64,000 nt of DNA from Bugula neritina (GCA_964035545.1 OZ037766.1:9476722-9540721), one strand, 5' to 3'. Shown: positions 21,901 through 37,900, counted from the first letter of the stretch. The notes: generated by a model from the sequence alone, not told the origin. Numbers and translations are program-made.

Positions 21901-24900
21901 ACTGATTCTGCTCCGTAACTGATACTGTCATATGATTATGATTATCATTATGACTGATAATAGTATTAATAAATATAACCATTGAATATTATTAATAATA
22001 GTTCACCAATAGGCGACAGTCATAGACTTAGAGTTAGAGTGAGAGTCATAGACATACTCATAGTCATAGTGATAGACTAGTGATACTCATAGTCATACTG
22101 ATACTGTGATTTAGTTTCACTGATTCAGTTACAAATTTTAAAACTTGGTTTTACGTAGACAACTACTAACCTATAATTCATCACAAAACGGTTGAAAATC
22201 ATCATTTACTGCATATTTAAGAGTAATTTTCTGGTAGTGTGGTCGACATGATAATTGAAATTAAAATAGGGAAAATAATTATTTTGTGATTTACAGCAAG
22301 TTACAAACTAGCGAAATGGAATAGTCCATTTGAAAACAGTCAAATTAGTTACCTTTCTTGATGTTGCGTAGCTAACGTTAGTTATTAGTAGCCGCCCGAA
22401 GAGTAACATTCATGTGATTTGAACTACGAATAACGAGAATCTGTGACAAACCCGCTTCTTAATAACTTTACGCGATATAAACTCACGCTACAATAGGGCT
22501 ATTTTGCCATCCCCACGTCAGAATAGGACACGGAGGGCACGCTCGCGGGCAAGTCTGGGCAAGTCCAAGACACCTAATATGACCACTTTTACTTACATTT
22601 TTGTAGTGTTTTCGTATAAGAAATTGGATAAAATGCTGATAAAACAGTTGAAAAGCATGCAAACTTTTGCTCAAATGTAATAAATAACCTGGAAGCTTAC
22701 CGCCTTTAAGCAATAAGCGAAATACGCAACTTACAATTGTTATATTCACCCTGCAATGCAGTCTTGCACAGTAAGAATGTGCGTATTTTCGGCAGCATGA
22801 GGTATTTGGAATAGTAATAGCAGCATTATACTCATAAATAATTTCTTTTGAAAATGGTATCCCACATGAAGCCGCATAATGCTTTTCCTACTCTTGAAGC
22901 TTCTTAATTTCTCATTCAGTGTTTGTGATGTATGGGATATAATCATATAATCACCTACATTTTATACTGTCTGTTCTGACATGTGCAATATTAGCCTTAG
23001 ATGCTTAGATTAGGGCTATACTGTTCCACTAATTCAATCTTTCACTGACGCACTTGTCTAATGAAAAGCTAAGCTGTTTATCCCAGGCTAAGCACAATGT
23101 ATATTATGGCATTAACTCACGCTGCACACATTATAATCATCTTACTTTTATTTTCACCACAAGTCTATTGGGTGATGGAGCATCTACTATACACTACATA
23201 ACTGCAAACTATCCTCTATGTAAGTTAATTAATGCATATAATTATGAGCATTTTGCTAGCAATCGACCAGACAGATTCAAGTACATGCTTTTCATATGAT
23301 AACTGCAAAACAAAGCATGGTATCATAAATAAATAATGCTTTAATCTACAGAGAACGTCTCTTATTAATAGAAAATTTCTGAGCTGCCAGTTGTTATGAG
23401 GTCATCGAACATTCTGGACTGATTTTCGGAGAATTGGTAAGTAAAATAGTTCAATATTAGTATTTTATAAGGTAATATATTTGTTGCCTATAGCTGAACT
23501 AGTACTACACCCAACTTAAGTTCTGAAAAGAATTTTAAAATTATTGTCATTTCAAGTATAGGGATTCCACAGGGTTCTGTCAATTTGCGAAAATCTTGTC
23601 TAAAATATTTAATATAATAATATAATAATATGAACTCTCTTGTATCACCTCTTCTCTTCATTTTAATGTGGTGACAGACGTTTCAGACATAATTATATAG
23701 AATAGTTGTAACGAATCTCTGTTTCACATTAATTATATAATGTGTTAAGCATTTGAGTTTGATAGTATATAGTGCCGATTCAAATAAAATATGGCAAACA
23801 AACACAAATATTCAAGGGAAATGCTAAAAGTTGCTGACAAGTTAAGCTGAATATACAGGACAAGCTCTACTAACACATAATTGAAAAGGAAAGCTTAATG
23901 ACACTGTCTAACTTCCAATAGTAGCATTTTAAAGTATTGATTAAAGCTGTGTTATTGCCATTTCTAACGTAGTCTAATTAACACATATCATGTTATCAAA
24001 AACACTCTTGCAAATATGCCACAATAGAGCCTCAATGTGATACTTTGAAAACATGAAAGGCTATCTAAGTTTCAAAGTTAAGCAAACTTTCTCCAAATAA
24101 AATTGGGTAAAATCAGACTATATGAACAATTTGAAAAAGAAATGCTGAAAATGTTATGGGGGGGTGGGGGATATAAGACTTGAGAGTAACGATACAGCTG
24201 ATGCATCTGTTATTAGTGTTAGTATACTATTTAGAGTTGTTTGCTCTTGATATAGAAATCTAGAAGTATTGCAGAGTAATAAGAGAGCAATATGAGATCT
24301 CCTGGTGAGAGCTACATAACATCTAGTTACATACTACATAAACCAGTGTGAGCTTAAGAGAACACAACTCTTGGTCAGTTGACTTTTGTTCCCATATAAA
24401 TCTGTGTTATTGCAAGTGGTAACATGATATCTTACTCTATTAATGCGCTGTAAAAAAGTTCCTTTATGCAAGTTGCTTGTTGTTCTAAATGGTTGTAATA
24501 CTGTGTGTGTGCTTGTTATACACCACACATGCATTCTAAATAAATATTCATTAGTTTAACATATGTTATATAACACACTATTCCAACAATTTGATCCAAG
24601 TTTTGGCAATCTCTACCAAATTTATACAGCTAGCCTATTAAATTATTTATAACCTAATCAATTACATACAATTTAATGAACAAACACATGTTGTATTTAC
24701 AGTGCATGCTAGCTGGTATATTAGAGTGGATTTTGTAAGCTGAGCTTTATAATTTTGGTTTGGTGCTAGTGAAGTTATAGAATAGGAGTGTTTTCGATAT
24801 AGAGTAGGGTCTATAACAGCAAATCAAAGCATATTGTGGGACTGTCATTGGCTAGAACTATTTTATAAACTAAGCTGTTTTTACTTGAAATCATCGATGC

Positions 24901-26122
24901 ATAGTGAAAAATAGACCTGCTCATCCAATTTATATGCACCAATACATCAATATTCATGGACTCTATGCAGGACTAATAAAATAAAAGCTTTGAACCCAAA
25001 ATTACTAGTGCAATAAAATTAACGTTGAATGAGTTTTGTCTTCGGTGCACGATAAATTTTAAAAGTTAACTCTGCTGGGATTTGACTAGAAAATTATGCT
25101 GAAGTCACCAGGTAAAAAATTGTATTATTCCAAACTGGTGCAGCAGTTGAAACGCTGCTGTAGTACTGCTGCCAGAGTCAGCATGAGATGGTAATATTTG
25201 GAGTAGTCAGCTCATTGGTTGTTTGTTCCTATAATTCAAAACCAAGATGGGTTACTGGAACCATGGCCATTATATTAATTGTATATAGATGATTTGATGA
25301 AGCAAAGAGTTTAGGGCGGACACATAATTTGCTGTGTGAAGGCAATCATGACAAGGAAGTAGATAAAAGCTCATTTCATCCTGCTAATAGAGTTGGCTCG
25401 GTGAGAATACAAACCGGACATGTTATTTTGTTTATTGGCAACCCTATTATTTACAGTGCAAAAAATAAGCTTTAAACTTTAAACTTTTACAGCTCTTGGT
25501 AGTAAAAGTTTAAAATGTTTGAATTCTGGAAGATTCTTTGGTTTATGTATCCGCGGCCATTTGGAAAATAATTATAAAAACATTAAGTTAATAGTATTAA
25601 CTAAAAATTGGGGAAATTATGACAGCAAAATTAGAAATAGTAATTATGACAAAAGTAGACAGTTGAATTACTAATTGTTGAATAAATAAGGAATAAAAGA
25701 GGTAGCATGTGTTACTTGTGCAGTAAAGAAATTATTCAAATTTACTATTTTGATCAGCTAGCTCTTCAAAACTGTTATGTGATAGCCTATACAGAGCAAA
25801 AACTATTTTATTGGTTTTATTAGGCTAAAAATTAGCTGCAGATTCAAGCCAGAAATTTTACCTATTTATCTAATTAATATAAAGCACTATAAATTATATG
25901 TGTCCCATTAACCTATTTATATAGATAGAACTTCATAAACTTATCAACATCTATATATACAATGCAATGTGCTCATGTTGCTTTATTAACAGGTAATTTT
26001 ATAGTAAGTTAGCTTTGCACATTTGCTAACAGTTGAAGTATTTCTTTGGCTAGCCAACACCTTGCACACTGCTGTATATTTGTAGCAAACATTTCTAACA
26101 ACTGGCTTGACTAACATCCATA

Positions 26123-26175
26123 ATGTATTCGGCTTTACTATCAACTGGTCAACCCACATCAACTTCTACGACACG
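26123..26175 (+). CDS. Candidate alternative first coding exon of the Kv2 gene (MYSALLSTGQPTSTSTTR)
   Basis: ATG-initiated open frame ending at CG|GTAAGT, phase 2, compatible with the acceptor at 39659. Confidence 0.4.
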
Positions 26176-27241
26176 GTAAGTGTGGAGTTGTTTCATCATG
26201 GTAATGCTACACAGCATTTTATTTCTGCTCTAAATCACACTTATCACAAGGTTTGGATAAAATGTTTATAATGTTTATAATAATTAATAGCTTATATGTG
26301 AAATATGCTTATATCTAAATAGCACTATGCCTGCCGTATGCATTATTGCAGGCAACAAACTAGTTTGTTCACAGATTATTGGCAAAAATGCAATGACGTG
26401 AGAGAAACTGATATATTTTGTCATTTATCAAAGTATTATAGGAAACTAATGATTAAAGCGTGAAATATGTCTTCAAGATTGGCCAAGCCGAGCTATAAAT
26501 TGGCATACTTGAATTATTCATGACATGAACCTGGACACTGTCATTTTTTACAATCACATTATAGACTTGCTTTAAAAATTTGGGTATGACTTTGCAGACT
26601 CTGTTGTGAACAATCTATTGAACATCATCATATGAAACGTCTTGCTTGCTTGCAATGATAAAGGGTTTTAATAGAATAGACTGTTGACTAATGGAATACT
26701 TTGATTGTGTATGTAGTGGAAAAGAATTAATAGCTGATAGAATAAATTAATTTTTCCTAATCATGATAGTTTTAATATTGTATGGTAACACAAAATGCTA
26801 AAAAAGTTATTATGACTTCATGACTGTGTACAGATATAAAAGGTCGTAACTTAACAGGAAATTTATATCATGCAGCTCTTCGTGTACTATAGCACAATAG
26901 AAACCATTCCTTAGATATGCATGTTGCCATGTTGATTGCTAAATAAAGCCCACAATGCATCTATTTCTTTACTACAAGTGATTCAACAGGTATAGCATGG
27001 ACTGTAACCTGCTGTACATGTTTGGAGCAATGATTCAGTCTAGGTTTTAGCTGTCAACATTCTGATTTGAATAGATATTACTGGAATATCATGCTGGTGG
27101 AGCGTTGCTATGGTAATGTGCTGGCTACTCTCCTAGTAGCATTTCTTGACAGTAGTTTGAGATTGTTCTCTTATTGATGAAGTGAGACTAGCTGTTAAAT
27201 AATGAATAACTTCAATTAAAATTTTACAATTTAAATGGAAT

Positions 27242-27345
27242 ATGAAGAGTGCAACTCATCAAACTTTGCCAGTGCAAACCCAGCAAACGCAAAGAGCTGA
27301 AAGAAAGTTACATCTTAAAAACTTAATAAGGAATTTAGAAGATCG
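27242..27345 (+). CDS. Candidate first coding exon of the Kv2 gene (MKSATHQTLPVQTQQTQRAERKLHLKNLIRNLEDR)
   Basis: ATG plus 34 open codons, donor CG|GTAAGT, phase 2, matches the exon at 39659. Confidence 0.5.
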
Positions 27346-30300
27346 GTAAGTAATGAAAAAAAAAAGGTTTTCAAAACTAAAAACCTAGAGTAAAGAACTT
27401 CTTAGCAGTATAGGTTTCCTATCAAGACATATTCTCTCTCGAAAAATTTCTTTTTGTTATAAGTATAAAAGATAACCAGCTTGAGCCTTTCTCGATGTTT
27501 ATTTTTGTTTTATTTTATCAATGATGTTAATGAGAAAGTAGATAAGAAAGGGTGTCACATAAAGGAGGGTAATGATAAGCTCATTTATTCGCTAACAGCA
27601 AATATAGTGAAAGTGCAGGCCCACATTGGTCAGCAACTTAGCAGTTAATTCACATCTCCTGCTACAAAAGCTCCACCCTACACCCATCCGAATGCACTGA
27701 GATAAGGCAAATTTTTGAGACCAGGTTTTAATGTAAAGTTAGCCTTGTAACTATCAAGTTAGTAATTAAATTTAACCCATTATAGTTAACCATGTAAATA
27801 GATTTTATGTTTACTCTATTGACCTTGGTTCACTGTTTCACCACTGCAAATATATGATTTTGGAAATCTACATTAGTACATGTTTTAGTTTCATCTAAGG
27901 GCAGTAGTAGAAAAATTTTAATAGCTCAAGGTCTGTAACTTTCTTGAAAAATTTTGGTTTGGGTTTGAGTTAAAGTTCTCAAGAGAATATATGACTTCGT
28001 TTGCTACATTCTAATCCTGCATGATCTGTATTTATACTTCTTTGGTTTCTGACCTGACATAGGAGTGTAGATGAATAGTTTACTGGATCTTAACTTCTTT
28101 CTGTTTAACCTAAGAACCTTCGAGTAGCTGCCTAGGCAAAAGTAAATTAAAATGCTATAAAAAGAGTTTGTAACTAAAGAAGTTGCACACTTAATAAACG
28201 CTAAACAGGGCATCTCAACTTGAAGGTTTAGTGCCAATATCATTTCATAAATATTTGCATTGCAATTAAAGTAAATTGTAATATAAATAACTTTTATTGC
28301 TTTGATCTTACAAAATATTAGCTTCATTGAACCTGAACATCACAATTTGTATACTTGTATGCTCCATAGTTGAACTATATAGTAATGCACCCAAAACTAG
28401 GTTTTACAAAGTTACGTACTAGCTTTTATGCCTAGAACAATAACAAGATTAACTTTCATATAACATATATATGCAATGTGGGTAAGATTTATTTCTTGGA
28501 TTTAGTTTAGGTGGTGTAGGCATAAGTGAAGTTTAGGTTCTATTCATTTTAATAGTTTGACTGAATTCCATATTCGATGTCTTTGATGTTGGAGTCATGG
28601 CAGTTGAATATTCTGGTTTTGAAAAGCACAAGTGAGCTCAATTTTTAAATATTTGGCTCATTTATAAGTTGAAGATCAGACATAATACTTCGAGCTGGTT
28701 TTAACAGAGCTGCCTGTACTTGGGCTAATCTTTGAGGATTAATCAATATTTTCAATCTTGCCTTGAGTCATAGCAGTTTAGATGTTTTGCATTTTTGAGC
28801 TTTAGCTTACTAATTCTGTATTTCTCCATTAGATTTTATATTTGATATACGCAAACTTATTGCCTACTACTCTAGTTACTTTTTACTTTAGAGTTTAGAG
28901 GATGCAAATGCCGTGACTGTTGTAAGGATAAAACTAGGTTGGGTCAACTATGTGGCGTGCTACTTAGATTTAAAAAAAGTTTTATCTACATGGTAAATTT
29001 ACAGCTTCCTTGTTGGAAACTACCATTGCAGGAACTTTGGTGATCATTAGGCTGTAACAGCTAGAATTTTGCATAAGCTCAATAGTAACTACTGTACACT
29101 GTAACCTGATTAGTTAGAAGGGAATGTGAAATCAACAAGCGTTTAATTTGCAATTATGTGCTATGACCCGATACAAAAAGGTACATTATGAAACGAGCTG
29201 TTACTCAGAACTACCCTTTGATACCCTAAACAGCATTTAATTGTGGCAAAGTCCAATAGCTAATGCAGATAAAACTAGATGCAAACTTTGATGGTCTTTG
29301 AAACAAAAAAAAACGAACTAAAAATCTCAAAGTTACTAAATTTAAAGCTTGCAGCTACATTAAGTTATAAATGCAAATACTCTTCAAGAAGTTTGTAGTC
29401 ATTAGATGTTATCTTCTGAAAAATGGCGCATCATGGCCTTCCTGTTAGAGAACATACTAATACTTCCACTAGTAATATACTTGTTGCTTTGTTTACAGTT
29501 AGAGGACGAAGCTATGCCTGGAATGCTTAGCTAAAGCGAATATTAAAATAATGAAAGCCCTACCCTTATAATGCTGAAAAACCAACCCACAGGTTGCCTG
29601 TTAAGATCTATTGCTTTTTTAATAAAAGGAAATGAGCTGTTGATAGGAACTTTAGCTGTTGGCTCCTAAATTAGTGCTAATATAATGACAAAGTCTTGTC
29701 TCCTAGAAGCTACTGTGAAGATAGCATTAGAGTTTTGGCACCATCATTAAGAAATAGTACAAAAATAATGACTACCTATGCTGTATGTTATTTGCAACAC
29801 GACAGCTCCCAGGTCCTGTAACTAGCCAAACCAAATATGGACAGTAGCTATTGATAGATCTATAGTGGTAATTTGACCTGCTATATGCTAATGACTGTCC
29901 ATTCAAATAACATCAGTTAATAGAAAGGGTGTTTGAGTGCTATTGCAACATACTAGTAGCACATAGCACCCGGTAGCAAATAGATACTTTCATGCAGACT
30001 ACTTCGGTTTTCTTATAGACAGGTGCTTCTAGTGCAATCAATTGCCCGCATGTTTATATGCAATGTGTAGGCAATGACAAGTACAATGTTAGAAATCAAT
30101 TCATACTTTGACTTTCCAAATAAAGTAAACTTATCAAGATATTGATGAGGTTTTGATCCCCACTATTGAGAGGACAACCCATCATTTGAGAATACAACTC
30201 CAATAGTTTGTAATATCTAATTGTAGCCATATTCAATATAGAAAGGATTATAATAGAAACCTTATACTAAGTGTACAGTGTATTGCCCATGACACACTAC

Positions 30301-33300
30301 AGTGGAAACTCGACTGTGGTGGCCATTTTGAAGCTGCTTCAACGTCACGTCCTACTTTTTGCTGGTCACACTACAGTTCACTACAAACGATGAAAGCTGA
30401 GTAACAGTGGTACTTCGGTTATTGGCTCTTTATTTTCAAGGCCAGCAGTTGGGGCCGAAAGTAACAATTTATGCAAGCAGGTATAAATATTAAAACATTC
30501 AAGCACTTACAATTTCACATAAAAATTTCAACATTTATTAATGCTTGCCTATATACTGTATAGCTGAACTCGGCAATATTACATTATTTATTTATTTATA
30601 TTTGGTAATATAATATACAATGTATTATTATATGCTACATATAAAAAATTCTAACTTATGTTACTTAATTACTTAGTTTGGCCATTTGTATATTCTTTGT
30701 CTTCTAGAATTTGGTCCACTTTCTCTATCTTGGAAAAATAAGATTCATGAGTATAGTGCTGGGACATTCCAAGAGCATTAAAAGCTTTTGTTACATTATG
30801 TTAATATGTAAACAGCAAGCACGCGTCATTAGAGCTTTAATTGGAGTTTTATAGCTATGTTAGCTATTCTATGCTTTTCTGTGCTACCTGGTGCGGCATT
30901 CATTCAATTTTTTATTCAGTCTTAGATTTCTGGTCAATACACATCTCTGTTCAAACACAACAGAGATACAATGAAAGATAGTTTCGGCCTAATAATTACA
31001 GGTGCTTTTCTGGTAGCTTTTATGCAACGTTGTGTAGTCACAAATTTTTCAGTTGAGACAACAGCCAAAGAAGTCATACACTATACTGTCTATACTGCCT
31101 ATGATTATACTTTGGAAGACTTTAACCTGGTTTGTTTATTTGTACAAATCAATTTTATTATGAAAACAAATAGAAAGTTGCATAACTTGTCATGTTGCTG
31201 AGATTCTAACCCATCAGAGCAAAACAAAATAATATCAAAACATTTTTTTTACAGAAAACTGTAAATGTCCAACACACATACTGCCTTGACTTCCACTCAA
31301 TAACTTTGATGTACTTCTATGTAAAACTAAAAGTCATAGTTTATCACACACTGTAGTTGTTTTTGGTATAGGAATTGATTGGCAGCAAGAGAAAGGCAAT
31401 CTGCTGTCTGAAATAATAGCAGATGACAATGTGTTATTATTTGTCAATGCAGGTTGTCAATACCATAGCTCTGTTAAGTAAATATAGCCAGAGCTGTTGT
31501 TTGCACTATAGTAGAATGCTATTTAATAAGAAAATAAATTAACGTCTAGATGCCATGATCCTCGTCACTTTGAACATCTCTGAATACTAAGTAACTAGCA
31601 TAAGCAGAAATATTTAGTACTTCTTTGCAAAGCAAAAAAGTAACTGGAAAAAAATGGAACAAATGTAAGTAGAGTTTATAGCTAATAGCAATACTCATTT
31701 ATATTTTTATATCCAATAATACTGGGACAAAGGTCATTTTACTTAATTTAGTACACACTGAAAATCTCCAATTTTTAGCTATTTTTTACAATTTAGCTGC
31801 TAATGAATATGGATTTTTGCCCAAAAATAATAAAATATATTAAACCACTGTTTTTTCCTAATTATTCAGCTAATTAGGATTACAGACTGTCAGAAAAAAG
31901 CTGTGACGTCTGTCAATGAGTTTAATTGTTCCCTTATTTATCTTAATTTATCTTATTAGATGTTTTACTATCTTCCAAGTGTTGAATGAAATGATCTTAT
32001 GAGTGTTTTGTAGGCTTTTATTTTGTCTTTCTGATAAATTAAAATTTTCAGATCTCAAGCCTACAAGTAGCCCCAGTCTCAACTAATTTATTTTCAAAAA
32101 CAATAACTTAAATCTGATTAACTCAAGTTCAAGACCAGAGGATTTTAAACATGGAATTAGTAGCAACTGTTTATTCCAATTTTCTTTTATAATTTATGTT
32201 CTATTTCCAAATTAAACATTCTAAAGTAATTGCGGGTTATCTGTTTCCTGTATAAGTTTAGCTTTAGAAAATATTTCTAGCGTAAGAAATTGCCCATTCA
32301 GTGTACGTAAAGCACTGAATTGCAATAAATATGCAAAATAAAGGTGCAAAGTAAAACATCAAACTATTTTAAATTCCCACAATGCTTTGCGAAGTTTTTG
32401 TACATTGCTTTACAGAATTAACAAGTTTACAATTTTACTAGATATAAGTTTTTTACCAGTTGGAAACCTGACTTTCAGTACCAATGTTGAACTGACTGCC
32501 TATGCCTTGCACTTAGTTTTTAAACTTTCTTGCATGCAAGGTTACTTTCTCTATTTCTTTGCACACTCAGTTCACAATTCTAGATACTAAATAACTAGAA
32601 ATCCTGCAAATTGGCAGTTTAGTCAATCCCTCTATTATATTTTACAAGTAAGTGTTTATTTTTGGTACTAAAGTACCCGAAGCAGGATGTAGATTATTTG
32701 AATTCGTGACTTTTAGTTTAGTTTTTGGGTTATGAATGTGATTATTTGTTTGTTGGATGAGTGTATTGACAGCTACAGCTTCCCATTGGCAGCTACAAGC
32801 ATAGAATAACTAGAAAACGTGCCTATCTTCACCTGCTACCCACGATCTTATGTCCAATTGAGATTGCTAAAGGCTGAAACTAAACATTGGTTAATTAGAT
32901 AGAGGATTTGCTAAATGATTTAAAACTACTGCTTGACTTCATTTAAAGTTTTACTGCAATACTTATTGTGGCCTGCAGCTAAAAATGCATGTTCAGTGCT
33001 ATTCAATTCAAGCCGAAATGTTTATTTAGTAGGCCTGACCAAAATGTGCTTCGCACAACCTTTATAGAGGTCTCACCTGTGTTTGCAGCTACCATGTATA
33101 GCTTTATCTCGTGCATGTAAATTGTTACAAGACCTCCATATTGCACACACAACACCCCCACACACTGATGTTGTTGCAGCTATTGCTGCAAGTGTATAAG
33201 ACTATCCAACATAATATTTACAGTCTTAGAATTTTCGAAATCTTTATAATGTTCTTTTGTTGTTCTTGCTTTTAATAGTCTATTAAATTATTGTAAAGGG

Positions 33301-34866
33301 ATTAATTAGGCATCTTATGCTCTTAAACATGCCAATTGATTGGTGTAATAATGTTGGTGTGGCCTACAACATGATATATGTAGGTGGGGAAGTTTCCTGA
33401 GCTTATAATTCTAGAGTCATATTGAATGCTGCATAGCCATTTTGTCAGCTTTGAAAGTCATTCTGCTGAAGAACTTTTTATGTCCTGCATGTGTGTTGGC
33501 AAATACTCACAACTGCATATACAAGAAATTTTTTCACTAAGCAAACTTAACATGTTGTTATGTATGACTTTATACAGATTATTATTATTAATATTAAATA
33601 GTTTTCGACATTTGTGTTAGTAAGTTTATAGCAGCTCTTGACTCTGGCTGCCTACTAATAGCTATTACAAAACAACCAAATCATACAATAAATTGGCAGT
33701 CGACCAAAATTGATCTATTACCTGAATATTGCCAAGTATTGCTGCCTTGAATCAAACAGTCTGACATCATTGAATAGAATTTCGAGGATCTAAGACTAAA
33801 GGTAAACTAAGTTATACAACCAATCAACTTTCAAGCTAAAATTGTAGTTAAACTCTGAAAATGGGATTAAAACAATGTTTTCATAGATGCCAACTTTACA
33901 AAGCACAGGTGAAGAAAGAGAATGAAGAAAGTTCTGGTCAGATAATATTCTTCAAGTTGCAAATGTCTATATGCTTATATTGTCAGATTTTTAATAATTA
34001 GAAAATGAAGATTTTCTGTTCTGATTAACCACAGCTTTAAATACTCAGTGTTATATATCTAATTAACTAAAGCAGTTTAGGAGCTTTTTACTGCTCCACT
34101 TATTTCGTCCACTTATTTAGTTCACTAGGCTTGACTAGCCAGGAATTGTACCAAAACTCTCTCAAAATAGCACAGTTAGTGCCTGGGTTCAAAAGCAAGC
34201 ATTTTATATAGAATTCTTCATATAATAAATTAACATTTCCTACACAGCACGTAGAGAACTAATGGTTGATAAATTGCAGTAGCAGTTGGGTGCTTCGATA
34301 TTAATAGTAGTACATATTTAATAGACCGGCTAAGGATTTACGATCAGTGGTGATAATTTGATGAAGCAATTATTGCTCGTTTGATTTGCTGATTCCCAAC
34401 ACCTGAATATAGTATTTTGTGGATAATTATTATGCTAAACAATGTACGGCTTGCTAAAACATTGAGTTTCAACTCCCCATTGCTATTTAGCAATAGCTAG
34501 AGCTAGTATATATAATTAGGGAAAATGTGTGAATAACTCTATGCTAGATATAATTATCGATGCCTAATTTTATCATTGTGATTAATATTTTGTACCTGCA
34601 GTTCTCGAGAAAAACTAAAGTATCTCCTGGCTAAATGCATTAGGTTTCTACATGCATAAAGTACGTGCTTAGTAGCTCAAACCTATAACATTCTTATACT
34701 CAGCACTTTGCACACATAGCATGTGTAAGGAGTACAACCTGTGGTACTGGAGCACTGTACATATGTAGTAGATCTATAGGAAACTAAGAGAACCCTTAAC
34801 ACTGGAGTTATAGTAAGTAAGTTAGGCTGTAGAATGCACACCGGGGAGAGCAGGTCGTAAGTACCT

Positions 34867-34970
34867 ATGGCTGACACGAGCTTCTGGCCTACAGCTTCAT
34901 CTGGTCGCTCAGCGTTTGTTTCTTATTACCAGCAGCAGGACGGTAACAGCAGTTTGGGTAAAGGCCGAAG
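34867..34970 (+). CDS. Candidate alternative first coding exon of the Kv2 gene (MADTSFWPTASSGRSAFVSYYQQQDGNSSLGKGRS)
   Basis: Locally GC-richer island, ATG plus 34 open codons, donor AG|GTAGGA, phase 2. Confidence 0.5.
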
Positions 34971-37900
34971 GTAGGAATATGAATAGACTATTTGTGTAGA
35001 AACGTCAGCAAGTATTGTTATTGGGGTTATGAGTTATAGAGAAGAATAGTATTATAATAGATGAACAGAAATTTAAAATGACATTAGTAGATTGGCTAAG
35101 ATAGACTGAGGCTGTTGAAGGGCAGCTATAATTGGATTTTGGGTTAGAATTTCTTTAATAAGAATGAATTGAAAGTTTGTCATGCCAAATAATTTCAATG
35201 ACCAAAATAGGCAGAGCAAGATTGTTTCTGTTTAGCAATTTGTTGATCAGCTTTTTCTTTACTAAAACATCTTCTGCTATCAAGTTGTAATGTCTTTTAT
35301 TATATAACTTGAAACAACTTGCTGCATACTCACAATGCAATTATAGCTGAAGCATTATTATTAGCTGTGGTTTTCAGAATAAGCACACTCTGCTAGGGGT
35401 ACATCTTTCCTACAGCTATGCGTATACAAGAGTGGAAGAATCTTGACATTTTGACTTATTATAATAGCAAGCATCATATAAATTAGAATACTTCAGTCAT
35501 GCACTGAATTATCTCCCACTTCAATTTCATGTCGAATACTCTATTAAAATCATTTTGTTTAAGCTTATTTATTGCTAATCATTCCTAATTACATTATAAA
35601 TACATCACCCTGGCAAAAAAATTGGTAGAATCGGTGTATGATAATTATATAAGCAAGCTGTGATATACAACATACGGAATTTTTTTTTCGAGTGTAAAGT
35701 ATAATGTATAATATGTAAAGTAAAGGAAGTTTTTCACAATGCACTGTCCAATGAAAATACAGCAAATCTCATGTGAGAATATTGTTAACAAACTATAAAT
35801 TAGCTAACTTGAATTAATTGATGTACTTTAACATCATTCCATTTGCATGCATTATTCCAATAGGAAACTTTGTCCTTGCCAAGTTACAGTACTCGTCCTT
35901 TAACAAACTCTTCCACTGCATTCCTAATACCATACCATCTGATATATCTGTAAATGAATGCCACTTGTAGAGGTTTTTTTGACAAGAAGCCTCTGAATAG
36001 CCTTTACAAGTGCTCAACATAGTTTTTACAGCACTATTGATAGGAAATGACAATAAAGCAAGTTTTTTCTTTCAAATAACCAACACTTAGTTTAAGTTTG
36101 TTAAACATAGGTTTTAGTTCTTTTAGGCTGAAACATAGAAATAGCTGAAAGCCTGCATATTATAAATGACTGTGTGGTCATCAGCTCCTGCAATTTTCTG
36201 TAGCACTAAAGAGCTTTCAATTTATTAGAAGCTGCTGAAAAAAGAGCACCACACTTTATTTATTACCACTCTATAGGCAAGCAAAGAAGTGTAATGCTGT
36301 AAAGTGTTGGGCAATGCTTTCTTAAGCAATACGTTCCTATATATATGTTTTCATTTTGTACAAAACATTATGCTGAGAGAGAATCAGCAAGTCTCATATT
36401 TTTATCAGTTAGTTAGTGCTGATGGCTAGACTTTCAGTATACTGTAGTCTTACAAAAACTTGGTTAACTAAATTGTCAGATAAGGGTATGTTGACCAGCA
36501 TGATTATGCCTGAATAGCTTGTAACTGAATAACGTGTGACTAATCAGTGAAGGAGTTAAAATTGTCCTTAGTAGTAATAAAAGAATAGATAGACATCATT
36601 TGTTTATATTGAATATTGTGTTGTATACTAGAATATCTGAAGTCGCTGTAATTGCTTTTGAAAAAATTAGGCTTACAATAAATTTTCACAACACGAAATT
36701 ACTAGTTATAAAATATTATGTTGTTATTGAGCAAATTTATGTTTCTAAGCTTTGTAGGTAGAATTATATTTTGTTTTATATTTCATAGTTGCAGTCACTT
36801 TATTGATGTGCTTGGTACTAGCTGTATAGAGTAATGCGTTGAGGTGATGGGTTAGAATTGGTGAGCTAATGATAACACTCATTACTACATGCTTCACTGT
36901 GATTAGTAACATGTATATACATCAAAGTCCTATATTATGACTTTAATAGAGGTTAATACTCAAACTATTGCAGTACATTAATAGAATATTATATAGGTTG
37001 CTGCATTACAGCTAGGGACGCACAACTCCTGAATGTAAAGGTGCCTTTGCTATAATATATAGCTGATGAAATAGATAGATCTAATTTTGTCTTCACCTTA
37101 TGTTTACCTTGCGGTGGTTATAAATTGTTTTTTGAGCTCGTGTTTTTAGCTAGAAAGGATACAATATTAGTTGCAGAATCTGATATAACTTGTTTTAAGT
37201 TCTTACCATTTTAATTTATCTGAATTCAGCTAAATTGAAGACATCATTTAAAAGATAGGCTTGGTGGTATCGTGGTACACATACTAAATAAAATAAAATA
37301 CAACACTAGTTATAGCAGACACTTTCATAAAAACTTGAATGGTTTTTGTGAAGTTGAATCGTCAGTCTTGAGTGTTTATATCTAACCTATTAGACTTTTA
37401 TATCAACCCACCATATTGTGCATCACATTTTCTGCTAATCAGAAATCACAAGTACTATTTCAAGAATAACCCTTGACTTGAATTGTGTATTGCTGCTGAC
37501 AGTGAAAACTTCTACTCAGGTATATAATATTTGCTTGTTTTAGATAAAAATGCATAATAATTAATATAATCACAATTTCTAACTAAACACTATGCGTGTT
37601 ATTGGTTAGTAAGAGGCACTTGAATGTGTTATAGTTAATCAATGTGGCTATTCTTGTTTCAAGTATGCCTATATATTCTATAGTCTACACAAGTTATACA
37701 CTTATATATATTCTTTACATAATTTATATGTCAATCAGTAGCAGGGGTAATGTCATTGCACATGCATGTAGGGATTTTCAATAACTTATTCATCTCATTG
37801 TTGTTGAATGGTAAAAGAGTACAGCAACTGCAAAGGTAGCAGTGTTAGTGTAGCAAAAAATCTACATATTCAATGTTAGACTCGCTGGTAAGTTTCTATT

